DNA from: Minisyncoccota bacterium
GTDB taxonomy: Bacteria; Patescibacteriota; Minisyncoccia; Phycocordibacterales; BOKC01
Assembly: GCA_030583745.1 (NCBI GenBank)
Contig: CP129473.1
Coordinates: 204,551 to 268,550, forward strand
Direction of reading: 5' to 3'
DNA length: 64,000 nt
Shown: piece by piece, positions 38,286 through 47,396 of the stretch
Layout: every line of letters begins with the position of its first letter
How positions within the stretch are numbered: position 1 is the stretch's first letter
The notes under the pieces: model-generated
Seen by the model: the letters and a program-made list of their open reading frames with translations, nothing else
Databases searched by the model: none
Told to the model about the DNA's origin: nothing
Made by a program: the position numbers and the translations under genes

Positions 38286-38705
38286 CTAAATCTTAACGCC
38301 TTCTATTATTCTTTCTATTTCTTTCCCCCCAATCATTCTGGCTTTTTTGCCGACAATTTTAAAACCACCGTATTCTTTTGGATTGTGAGAAGCTGTAACC
38401 ATCGCACCGCCAACCGCTTTGAAATAATTAACTAAAAAATAATACATCGGCGTAGTAGAGAGCCCCACTATTTCAATCTTAAATTTTTTTTTGGTCTGCG
38501 TTGTCGTTTTTTGGAACCCATTAAGAAAACTCTTGAATAGCTTCTTCGAGCTTAAACGCGCGTCGTAAGCAACAACAAAAGTTCCGCTTGCAAAATACTT
38601 AGCGCAGGTTTGGCCAATAACAAAAGCGGTTTTTTCGTCTAATTCAGACGGATAAACACCTCGAATATCGTAAGTTTTAAATATTTTATTGTTTATTTGA
38701 GACAT
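38286..38705 (-). CDS. phosphoglucomutase/phosphomannomutase, domain I fragment (N-terminal part of a split gene)
   Basis: 139 aa with the TASHNP active-site Ser loop; ends at TAG with domains II-IV following in another frame. Confidence 0.75.
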   Translation of the reverse strand: MSQINNKIFKTYDIRGVYPSELDEKTAFVIGQTCAKYFASGTFVVAYDARLSSKKLFKSFLNGFQKTTTQTKKKFKIEIVGLSTTPMYYFLVNYFKAVGGAMVTASHNPKEYGGFKIVGKKARMIGGKEIERIIEGVKI

Positions 38706-38718
38706 CTAACTTAAAAAT

Positions 38719-39714
38719 ATGCTTTTCAAATGGTATGCTATTATCATGCAAGAATCAATAAGAAATTTTGCCGAGCAATTTAACTTTGAGCCGACAATTG
38801 AAAATTCCGATAATCTAAAACCGGCTAAAAGTTTTGTAGTCGGCGGTATGGGGGGCTCGCGCCTGTCAGCAGAAATTTTAAAAGCGATTTCCGAAAATTT
38901 GGACATAACTATCCATAAAAATTACGGCCTGCCGTTACTCGCCAACAAAAATCCAGAAGAAATTTTATTTATCGCAAGTTCCTTTTCCGGCAATACCGAA
39001 GAGACGATAGATTTTCTGGAGAAAGCTCTTGCGCAAAAATTAAACACAGCAGTCATCACTAAGGACGGCCGACTTTTGGAAATTGCTCTGGAGAAAAAAT
39101 TGCCTTTCATAAAATTGCCGGATTCCGACATTCAGCCGAGAATGGCTCTGGGGTGGTCTTTAATGGCTCTCTTGAAACTGACCAGTCCTAACCTATTACC
39201 AGAATTAAAAGAATTAGCCAGAATTTTAAATCCACTCAATTTTGAAGACCAAGGTGAAGAATTGGCGGAAAAGATAAAAGGCAAAATACCAATAATTTAT
39301 GCTTCGGAGAAAAACAGAGCAATTGCCGAAATTTGGAAAATAAAATTTAACGAAACGGCAAAAATTCCGGCTTTCTTCAATATTTTTCCCGAATTAAATC
39401 ATAACGAAATGACGAGCTTTGATTACACTCCTGAAAACCGAGAACTTTCCGAAAATTTTTTCTTCATTTTTATAAAAGACGGCGACGACCACCCGCGAAT
39501 CCAAAAGAGGATGGAGATAACGGCAAAAATGCTCAAAGACAGAAAGTTGTCTATAAATGAACACCAAATCCAAGAATCAAGGTCTGTGGCAATTTTCAAT
39601 TCGCTTTTGCTCGCCGATTGGACAGCGCTTAATATTGCCCGCCTCTATAACGCCGAGCCAGAGCAAGTGCCAATGGTAGAAAAATTCAAGAAACTTTTAA
39701 CAAATAACAATTAA
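38719..39714 (+). CDS. bifunctional phosphoglucose/phosphomannose isomerase (SIS-domain, archaeal-type PGI/PMI)
   Basis: GGMGGSRLSAE and SSFSGNTEET SIS motifs. Confidence 0.65.
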   Translation: MLFKWYAIIMQESIRNFAEQFNFEPTIENSDNLKPAKSFVVGGMGGSRLSAEILKAISENLDITIHKNYGLPLLANKNPEEILFIASSFSGNTEETIDFLEKALAQKLNTAVITKDGRLLEIALEKKLPFIKLPDSDIQPRMALGWSLMALLKLTSPNLLPELKELARILNPLNFEDQGEELAEKIKGKIPIIYASEKNRAIAEIWKIKFNETAKIPAFFNIFPELNHNEMTSFDYTPENRELSENFFFIFIKDGDDHPRIQKRMEITAKMLKDRKLSINEHQIQESRSVAIFNSLLLADWTALNIARLYNAEPEQVPMVEKFKKLLTNNN

Positions 39715-39771
39715 CGTTCAACATAAAATTAATCAGTTTGTAATTTAGTTATAAGTTATTAGAAATCTATC

Positions 39772-40560
39772 ATGTATATTCTCTTTGACCTCGGGAAAAC
39801 CAATTTAAGAGTCGCTGGAACTTCGGACAAGAAGAAGTTTTTCGGCCAGAAAATTTTAAAAAGTCCAAAGACCTTGGAAAAGGCGGTGGATTTGATTATT
39901 GAAGAATCAGAAAAAATTTCAAAAGGCAAAAAAATAGAAGGTTTTGCCGGCGGGGTAACAGCCGTCTTAGACAAAAGCCGGGGAGAAAAAACCGCTTCAC
40001 TTCTTAAGAAAAAAACCGACAGGCGCGCCTTAATCACCAATGACTCGGCTTTGGTTGGATTGGGCGAAGCCAACTTTGGTGCTGGCAAGAATTTTTCAAT
40101 CGTCCAATACATCACGGTCTCAAGTGGCATCGGCGGAACACGGATTGTGGATAGCCAAATTGCCAAATCAGCTTTTGGTTTTGAACCAGGCAATCAAATT
40201 ATTGACTGGAGAAAAAAAATAAAATTAGAAGACATCGCTTCCGGCACCGCCATAAGAAAAAAATACAAAAAAGAGCCGAAAGAAGTCCTATCGCCTAAGG
40301 TGTGGCGCGATTTGTGCCAGCCGCTTTCCGTCGGTATTTATAATTCAATTTTACACTGGATGCCGGATGTCGTGGTTTTAGGCGGTTCAATGATAACCGG
40401 CAACCCAGCAATACCGATTAAAGGCATTGAACAGGAACTTAAAAAAATAAACAAGGTTCTGCCTAAACTACCACCACTCAAAAAAGCCACTCTCGGTGAT
40501 TTCGGCGGGCTTTACGGCGCTCTAAATTTACTTGACAAAAACCTTGACTTTTTCGGCTGA
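39772..40560 (+). CDS. ROK-family sugar kinase (glucokinase-like)
   Basis: FDLGKTNLRVA N-terminal motif, NDSALVGLGE and SSGIGG. Confidence 0.65.
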   Translation: MYILFDLGKTNLRVAGTSDKKKFFGQKILKSPKTLEKAVDLIIEESEKISKGKKIEGFAGGVTAVLDKSRGEKTASLLKKKTDRRALITNDSALVGLGEANFGAGKNFSIVQYITVSSGIGGTRIVDSQIAKSAFGFEPGNQIIDWRKKIKLEDIASGTAIRKKYKKEPKEVLSPKVWRDLCQPLSVGIYNSILHWMPDVVVLGGSMITGNPAIPIKGIEQELKKINKVLPKLPPLKKATLGDFGGLYGALNLLDKNLDFFG

Positions 40561-40632
40561 TATATTATTTTAAAAGTAGAAGAAAGTGTGCCCCAACCCA
40601 AAACCCGCCCGCAAAGAAAGGAGGTAGAAATC

Positions 40633-40908
40633 ATGAGCGAGAATGGAGACGGTCTTAGAGCTCTACAAGAGTACGCCGAGCGCAGAAGAGAGCGTGAGGC
40701 CAAGGAAAGAGCGCTTGCGTCTCTCAAGGCAGAGCTTGCAGAAGCTGAAAATAGAGACGAGGACAACACCTTGACTCAAGAACTCCAGACGCAAGTTAGA
40801 GAGGCCGAGCTTGAAATCAGAACTCTGAACGAGGAGTGCATACAGCTCAACAGAGTCTTTCGTTCAGACCCGGTCAAGGCAACCAAGATAGCAAGGGAGA
40901 GCTCGTGA
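40633..40908 (+). CDS. hypothetical coiled-coil protein (GC-rich)
   Basis: Start placed at the ATG after strong SD AAGGAGG; the ORF track begins at 40588. Confidence 0.4.
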   Translation: MSENGDGLRALQEYAERRREREAKERALASLKAELAEAENRDEDNTLTQELQTQVREAELEIRTLNEECIQLNRVFRSDPVKATKIARESS

Positions 40909-41006
40909 TGGCGACTTGCAATAAAGTCAGTCGAGAGGGGAACACAAGCCGGTAACGTCCAAACAGACGATGCCGGCTTTCTCACTTCCAAAATTTTAAA
41001 ACTTTT

Positions 41007-42011
41007 ATGAAAATCGGAATTGTCGGTCTTCCAAATGTAGGGAAAAGCACGCTTTTTAACGCCTTGACCAAAAAATCGGTACCGGCTGAGAATTATCCCT
41101 TTTGCACCATTGACCCTTCGGTCGGCGTAGTTGCCGTTCCCGACGAGCGACTGGACAAACTTTCAGAATTCTCAAAATCAAAAAAGACAATTCCTGCTGC
41201 CGTTGAATTTGTTGATATTGCCGGCCTGGTCAAAGGCGCCTCTATCGGCGAAGGTTTAGGGAATAAGTTTTTATCGCACATCCGCGAGGTGGACGCTATT
41301 GCCCAGGTCGTCAGAAACTTTAAAGACGATAAAATAACTCACGTGGAAGGCAAGATTGAACCGCTCTCCGACATTGAAATCATAAATTTAGAACTTGTTA
41401 TGGCCGACCTTGAAACGGTCAATAAACGATTAAGCAATATTGAAAGGGAAGCGAAAACAGGATCCGCCAGTCGGTTAAAAGAAGTAATTTTTGAAAAAGA
41501 AATTTTGTTGAAATTGAAAGCTGATCTTGAACAGGGGAAAGCGGCAAGACAGATTGAATTGAATGAAAAAGAAAAATCAGCAATCAAAGGTCTTCATCTG
41601 CTTTCAATCAAACCGACGCTTTATGTTTTAAACGTTTCGGAAGCTGGAGATAGGTCGCTCTCTGATCTGTCTAAAATTCCCGGAGAATATCTGGAAATTG
41701 ACGCGATTTTCGGCAAAGGTTTGGACGAATTTATTAAAAAAAGCTATGAGCTATTGAAGCTAATCACTTTTTTCACAACGGGCGAAGACGAGACCCGCGC
41801 TTGGACCATAAAACAAGATTCAACTGCGCCAATCGCCGGCGCGGCCATCCACAGCGACTTCCGCGATAAATTTATTCGCGCCGAAGTTATAAATTGGCAA
41901 AAGCTGTTGGAAGTCGGTTCCTATGCCGCCGCTCGAGAAAAAGGACTTATTCGTACTGAAGGAAAGCAATACATAGTTCAAGACGGAGATGTCGTAGAAT
42001 TTAAAATCTAA
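41007..42011 (+). CDS. ychF: ribosome-binding ATPase YchF (Obg-like GTPase family)
   Basis: GIVGLPNVGKSTLFNALT P-loop, NYPFCTIDP and a C-terminal TGS domain; 334 aa. Confidence 0.9.
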   Translation: MKIGIVGLPNVGKSTLFNALTKKSVPAENYPFCTIDPSVGVVAVPDERLDKLSEFSKSKKTIPAAVEFVDIAGLVKGASIGEGLGNKFLSHIREVDAIAQVVRNFKDDKITHVEGKIEPLSDIEIINLELVMADLETVNKRLSNIEREAKTGSASRLKEVIFEKEILLKLKADLEQGKAARQIELNEKEKSAIKGLHLLSIKPTLYVLNVSEAGDRSLSDLSKIPGEYLEIDAIFGKGLDEFIKKSYELLKLITFFTTGEDETRAWTIKQDSTAPIAGAAIHSDFRDKFIRAEVINWQKLLEVGSYAAAREKGLIRTEGKQYIVQDGDVVEFKI

Positions 42012-42224
42012 ACCCGAATGAGTTTAGATTTTAAATTCGGAGATCCTGAGGGAGCGCTTGCGCGAGTCGAACGGATCGTAGAATTTAAAATTTGATGGGA
42101 TGCCTGCCCCATACCAAGCTCTGCTTTGGTATGGGGTGATTGAGTTTAAGGTTAAAAACAAAAATGAAAAACCCCGACCGAAATCGGGGCTCATCGTCAA
42201 AGCATATCGATGAAAGCTTGTGCT

Positions 42225-42536
42225 TCAGACCTTGATCAGGACAGCCACCAGAACGTGGTTGATCGTGGGTTCGTGGCCGAAGTTGGGCGTACCGTCCTTT
42301 CGCTTGTAGGCGACAGTGACGACCTTCCAACCATCATTGATCAGCAGGTCCATGAGTTCGTGAGGGCTGATGTATTCACGCTCTTCCCCTCCCTTCCGAA
42401 AGAAGGGGTTGCTGACGTTGCTGACGTCTGTACGAATCTCGACGCATCCCTTCACATCCGTGGCGTTCACCTTCTGCGGTTCCACCAGATGGAGGAGATG
42501 GTCGCCTTCCAACACAGTGGGTTCTGACTTCGTCAT
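42225..42536 (-). CDS. hypothetical protein
   Basis: 103-aa ORF with a downstream hairpin plus T-run terminator on the minus strand (42170-42195). Confidence 0.35.
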   Translation of the reverse strand: MTKSEPTVLEGDHLLHLVEPQKVNATDVKGCVEIRTDVSNVSNPFFRKGGEEREYISPHELMDLLINDGWKVVTVAYKRKDGTPNFGHEPTINHVLVAVLIKV

Positions 42537-42643
42537 TTTTCTACTCCTCGGCCTAAGGCCGTGTATGTATCAGCAAGTCCACAACAAGGAACTCGCTCTA
42601 TTATTAGCTTATCAAGAAATAAGTAATTTGTCAAGTATTTTGA

Positions 42644-42672
42644 TTGACAATTTAATACCAATATGCTATACT
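42644..42672 (+). promoter_or_regulatory. consensus-like sigma70 promoter TTGACA-17-TATACT
   Basis: ttgaca at 42644-42649, a 17-nt spacer, then tatact at 42667-42672; followed by SD AAGGAG and ATG 42732. Confidence 0.5.
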
Positions 42673-42731
42673 ATACAAAGTAGGACGTAATGATAATCCC
42701 TGACCTGAACGAAAAACGAAAGGAGTATTCC

Positions 42732-42989
42732 ATGAAGATGTGGAATTCGAAAAAGGAAGTGAGAGAGGAGCAGGTCGGAACGATGATCCTGATCATCGGG
42801 ATGTGGTGTGGATTCATGCTCATGTTCCCACTGTGGTGTGTGCAAAAAGCACCCTCACTGTGGTGGACATTCATTCCCACAGCTGTCATCATCGGTGGGG
42901 TCGTCAAATACGCGTGTGTGATTCATCGGAAACATCCGTATGTGCTCGTAATGAAAAAGGAGCAATACGGACGGTTGTTTCCTGATTAA
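42732..42989 (+). CDS. small membrane protein (hypothetical)
   Basis: 85 aa with two TMs, SD AAAGGAG; the ORF track start at 42690 is probably too far upstream. Confidence 0.35.
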   Translation: MKMWNSKKEVREEQVGTMILIIGMWCGFMLMFPLWCVQKAPSLWWTFIPTAVIIGGVVKYACVIHRKHPYVLVMKKEQYGRLFPD

Positions 42990-43130
42990 TCAGTAATCAG
43001 GCCCACCCACCATCTCAACACGGAAAATTCACGTCGCGAGAGGTGGGTTTTCTGTTAAATAAAGATGGTGGTGCTATAGAGTTTAAGGTTAAAAACAAAA
43101 ATGAAAAACCCCCACCACTCTGGGCGGGGG

Positions 43131-43451
43131 TCAGCGGACGAAAGTCTCGCAAATGTCTGAGGCCTGAAAATCCGGAGGATCCAGGCCGAACTCTTTGCAT
43201 TTTTCAATCAACCTCCTCTTGGCTTCATTGAAGTTGGCCTGGAATTGATCTTCTAGCTTCTTGTCAGACTCTGGAAGCTCTCTGAAACCGCCTATCTCTT
43301 TGTCCCAAGCCCTGCGGAATCGGCCTGTACAAAGCATGATCGCCGACTCAAGCACCCGATCCCAAAGCGGCTTTAAAACCTCCGGTCTCCTAAAGCACTC
43401 ATCCTTTAGGTTCTCCAACACCACGGACCAATCAACTTCATTCTCGCTCAT
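43131..43451 (-). CDS. hypothetical protein
   Basis: 106 aa with SD AAGGAGAG before the ATG; terminator with T-run on the minus strand at 43100-43130. Confidence 0.4.
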   Translation of the reverse strand: MSENEVDWSVVLENLKDECFRRPEVLKPLWDRVLESAIMLCTGRFRRAWDKEIGGFRELPESDKKLEDQFQANFNEAKRRLIEKCKEFGLDPPDFQASDICETFVR

Positions 43452-43599
43452 TAGTTCTCTCCTTCTTTGATGTTTACGTGTCTATCAACTTCTTGAGCCC
43501 ACTTTTGGACATCAGTCCTATTATATCCTATCATATCTCTCCACGATGTGTCAAGTTCTGAATTTTTCATAAGGCGGGCTAGAATATTTAGCTGATCAA

Positions 43600-43905
43600 T
43601 TAAAGCGTTGTGGGCAAAACTGCGGCTCTCGTCTCCAATCTCAACATCACATCTTTTGGAGTTTCCTCATTTGTTTTATTAAAAGCAAAAACAGTTTGAA
43701 TATAGTTCGCAATACTTTCTTGAAGAGCTTGAAAATTATCCTCTATATCCTCGCGGGTCTGTTCGGAAAGGGAATCGGGCAGGTTTTTTATACAACTTTT
43801 CAAATCCTCGTATATTTTGGCTTCTTTGCCAAGCTCCTCAAGACCGACAGTTTGAGTTTGCTCGCGATGCAGTTTTCTCCAACTATTCCCTAAAAAATCT
43901 TCCAT
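43600..43905 (-). CDS. hypothetical protein
   Basis: 101-aa acidic ORF. Confidence 0.3.
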   Translation of the reverse strand: MEDFLGNSWRKLHREQTQTVGLEELGKEAKIYEDLKSCIKNLPDSLSEQTREDIEDNFQALQESIANYIQTVFAFNKTNEETPKDVMLRLETRAAVLPTTL

Positions 43906-43945
43906 AATTGTGTAAATTTTACCAAAAAATGCTAGAATTGGAAAT

Positions 43946-44866
43946 ATGAAAACCTCACCAAAAGATTTCTTTTTGCATCTTGGCGTTATTGCGACGCTTT
44001 ACGCCATAGCAGTCGCTTTTATTAATCTGGCCTGGCGAGTCATTGACCACCTTTTCCCGCGAGAAGATTTTTATTATGGATTTTATGAATCAAGTTTGAG
44101 CGGACCAGTCGCAACTTTGATTGTCGTTTTTCCGATTTTTATAATTCTGTCTTGGCTTTTAAACAGGGAATACAAAACTGCGCCAGAAAAAAGAAATTCT
44201 TGGATTAGAAAATGGCTGGTTTATATCACCCTCTTTGTCGCCGGCATTGTCATCATTGTGGACTTGATTGTTGTCCTGATTGCTTTCTTGGGCGGGGAAA
44301 TAATAACTCTAGGATTTATATTGAAAGCTCTGTCGGTGCTTTTTGTGGCTTTGGCAGTTTTCGGCTATTACATATCTGACCTGCGCGACAAAACTACACC
44401 GAAAAGAAACAAGGTGTTTGCTTGGATTTCCGGTTTGATTATTCTGGCTTTGATTGTTGCCGGATTTTCCATTATGGGCTCGCCTAGAACCCAGCGTCTT
44501 TTGAGAATTGACCAAAATAAAGTTAATGACTTGCAAAATATTCAGTGGCAGATTGTAAATTTCTGGCAACAAAAAGGAGAGCTACCGGAAGCTCTTGCCG
44601 ATTTGTCTGACCCGATTTCCGGTTTTGTCGTGCCGAAAGACCCACAAAGCGGGGAAGAATACGAATATCGTATTTTGAACAAACCTTTGTCTTTTGAACT
44701 TTGCGCCGAATTTAATTTATCCTCAAGAAAAAATGGGGTAAACACGATCGCGATGCGTCCGTTAATGCCTGAAGCTATCGGGGTAAAGGAAGATGTCTGG
44801 ACTCACGAAGCGGGCCGTTATTGCTTTGAACGGACGATTGACCCCGAACTTTATTCGAAAAGATAA
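43946..44866 (+). CDS. polytopic membrane protein (hypothetical)
   Basis: 306 aa with about 5 TMs and a C-terminal soluble domain; extended -10 TGcTAGAAT upstream; 17-bp-stem terminator at 44873-44914. Confidence 0.45.
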   Translation: MKTSPKDFFLHLGVIATLYAIAVAFINLAWRVIDHLFPREDFYYGFYESSLSGPVATLIVVFPIFIILSWLLNREYKTAPEKRNSWIRKWLVYITLFVAGIVIIVDLIVVLIAFLGGEIITLGFILKALSVLFVALAVFGYYISDLRDKTTPKRNKVFAWISGLIILALIVAGFSIMGSPRTQRLLRIDQNKVNDLQNIQWQIVNFWQQKGELPEALADLSDPISGFVVPKDPQSGEEYEYRILNKPLSFELCAEFNLSSRKNGVNTIAMRPLMPEAIGVKEDVWTHEAGRYCFERTIDPELYSKR

Positions 44867-44872
44867 AAACAT

Positions 44873-44914
44873 GTCAAGGACTCCCCTTGCCATGCTGGCA
44901 AGGGGAGTCCTTGG
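44873..44914 (+). terminator. 17-bp-stem hairpin after membrane-protein gene 43946-44866
   Basis: aaggactccccttgcca tgc tggcaaggggagtcctt. Confidence 0.6.
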
Positions 44915-44968
44915 AAAAAAGTTTTTTTGCTAATAGTTTGTTTCTCTTGTATTATTTTCAAAAGTTAT

Positions 44969-47344
44969 ATGAAAGAATACGACCACAAGAAAATAGAGAA
45001 AAAATGGCAGAGAGAATGGGCTAAAAGTAAAATTTATAAAACCACCGATAAAAATAAGGGCAAGAAAAATTTTTATACTCTAGTAGAAATCCCATATCCT
45101 TCAGGCAATCTTCATGTCGGGCACTGGTATGCCTTTTCAGTGCCGGATATTTTCGCTCGCTACAAAAGAATGTCGGGCGAAAATGTCATGTTTCCGATAG
45201 GGTTTGACGCTTTCGGTCTTCCGGCAGAAAATGCGGCGATAAAAAAAGGATTGAACCCGCGAAAGTGGACTTACGACAATATCAAATACATGGAAAACCA
45301 GCTCCAAAGCATGGGGGCTTCTTTTGATTGGTCTCGCAAAATCATCACGGCAGATCCAGAATATTACTGCTTTACGCAATGGATGTTTACGGAGTTTTTT
45401 AAAAAAGGTTTAGCTTATCAAAAGAAAACTCCAGCAAATTGGTGCCCGAGTTGTAAAACTGTGCTCGCTAACGAGCAAGTGGTGGATGGAAAATGCGAAC
45501 GCTGTGACAGTGAAGTTGAAAAAAAAGAAATTCTGCAATGGAATTTAAAAATTACTGACTACGCGGAAAGACTGTTAAGCGGTTTAGATAACTTGTCTTG
45601 GCCGGAGCCAATAAAAAATTCGCAAAGAAATTGGATAGGAAAAAGCGACGGCGCTGAAATAGAATTTCAGCTGTTAGCTGCTAGCTTTCAGAAAAATTCC
45701 AAACTAAAAGCTAAAAGCCAAAAGCTAGCAGCTATAAAAGTCTTTACAACACGTCCGGATACGATTTTTGGAGCAACTTATCTAGTGCTTGCACCAGAAC
45801 ACGAATTTATACAAGAACAAATCACAAATAACGAGTCACAAATAACGAACAAATCTGAAATTCAGAAATACGTTGATCAATCGAAAAAAAAGACAGAAAT
45901 TGAAAGAACGGCGGAAGGAAAGGAGAAGAGTGGCGTTGAACTTAAGGGAATAAAAGCCATAAATCCGGCAACAAAAGAAGAAATTCCGATCTTCGTTGCA
46001 GATTATGTTTTGTCCGGCTATGGCACCGGCGCAATTATGGCCGTGCCAGCTGATGATAAAAGAGATCAGGAGTTTGCGGAGAAATTTAATTTACCAATCA
46101 TAAAAGATTACACCCCTGCCGGTTTTGAAGACTTCGGAAAAAAAGTTGTTAAATATAAACTCCGCGATTGGGGAGTGTCACGCCAGAGATACTGGGGCGT
46201 GCCGATTCCGATCATTCACTGCGAAAAATGCGGTCAAGTTCCGGTGCCAGATAAAGATTTGCCTGTGAAATTGCCCGAAATAAAAGATTATCTGCCTCGC
46301 GACGACGGCAGGTCGCCACTTGCCAAAGCAGAAAAGTGGGTGAATGTTAAATGTCCAAATTGCAAAGGAAAAGCGGAAAGGGAAACTGACACGCTTGATA
46401 CTTTTGTTGATTCTTCGTGGTACTTCCTCCGTTACACTGATCCAAAAAACAAAAAAGAATTCGCTTCAAAAAAGAAAATGGAAAATTGGATGCCGGTTGA
46501 TTTCTATTCCGGCGGGGCGGAACACAACACAATGCATCTTCTGTATTCACGTTTTTGGCAAAAAGCTTTGTATGATTTTGGTTTAGTAAAGGACGAAGAG
46601 CCATACAAAACGCGCATGAACCGTGGGCTGATTCTAGGGCCGGACGGCAACAAAATGAGCAAATCAAAAGGCAATATCGTTGATCCGGACGAAATAGTGC
46701 GAAATCTTGGCGCGGACACTATCAGAATGTACCTGGCTTTCATCGGTCCATTTAATGAAGTCGGCTCTTTCCCATGGTCAACAGATGGAATTGTTGGCGT
46801 CCGCAGGTTTTTGGAAAAAGTTTGGAATTTAAAAAACAAATTACAAATTACAAATGACAAAACACAAAAAAAACCAAATCCAGAAATTGAAAATTTAATG
46901 CATCAGACAATCAAAAAAGTTGGGGAAGATATTGAGAGCTTAAAAATAAACACCGCTGTAAGTCAACTTATGATTTTTGTAAACGCTTTAACAAAACAGG
47001 AAAAAATTTTCAGAAAAGAATTCGAAATCCTACTCGTACTACTTGCGCCATTCGCTCCGCATTTGACTGAAGAATTGTGGCACAAACTTGGCAATCCACG
47101 TTCTATCCATCTGACCTTATGGCCAAAATACGATCAGTCCAAAATACAGGGGAGTAAAACAAAAATCGGTATCCAAATTGACGGAAAAATAAGAGACATT
47201 CTGGAAGTAGAGAATGATGCTTCAGAAGATGAGATAAAATCAAAAGCCCTTGAGTCGGAGGCAGTAAAAAAGTGGCTGGCGAATAGAGAAGTCAAAAAAA
47301 TAATTTATATCAAAGGCAAGATTTTGAGTATTGTATTGACTTAA
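44969..47344 (+). CDS. leuS: leucyl-tRNA synthetase
   Basis: HVGHWY (HIGH) and KMSKS motifs; start placed at MKEYDH rather than the ORF-track start 44927. Confidence 0.95.
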   Translation: MKEYDHKKIEKKWQREWAKSKIYKTTDKNKGKKNFYTLVEIPYPSGNLHVGHWYAFSVPDIFARYKRMSGENVMFPIGFDAFGLPAENAAIKKGLNPRKWTYDNIKYMENQLQSMGASFDWSRKIITADPEYYCFTQWMFTEFFKKGLAYQKKTPANWCPSCKTVLANEQVVDGKCERCDSEVEKKEILQWNLKITDYAERLLSGLDNLSWPEPIKNSQRNWIGKSDGAEIEFQLLAASFQKNSKLKAKSQKLAAIKVFTTRPDTIFGATYLVLAPEHEFIQEQITNNESQITNKSEIQKYVDQSKKKTEIERTAEGKEKSGVELKGIKAINPATKEEIPIFVADYVLSGYGTGAIMAVPADDKRDQEFAEKFNLPIIKDYTPAGFEDFGKKVVKYKLRDWGVSRQRYWGVPIPIIHCEKCGQVPVPDKDLPVKLPEIKDYLPRDDGRSPLAKAEKWVNVKCPNCKGKAERETDTLDTFVDSSWYFLRYTDPKNKKEFASKKKMENWMPVDFYSGGAEHNTMHLLYSRFWQKALYDFGLVKDEEPYKTRMNRGLILGPDGNKMSKSKGNIVDPDEIVRNLGADTIRMYLAFIGPFNEVGSFPWSTDGIVGVRRFLEKVWNLKNKLQITNDKTQKKPNPEIENLMHQTIKKVGEDIESLKINTAVSQLMIFVNALTKQEKIFRKEFEILLVLLAPFAPHLTEELWHKLGNPRSIHLTLWPKYDQSKIQGSKTKIGIQIDGKIRDILEVENDASEDEIKSKALESEAVKKWLANREVKKIIYIKGKILSIVLT

Positions 47345-47396
47345 AAAACCAAAGGTGCTAAAGTATCGTTCATAATTTGATAATATTTTTTAGATT

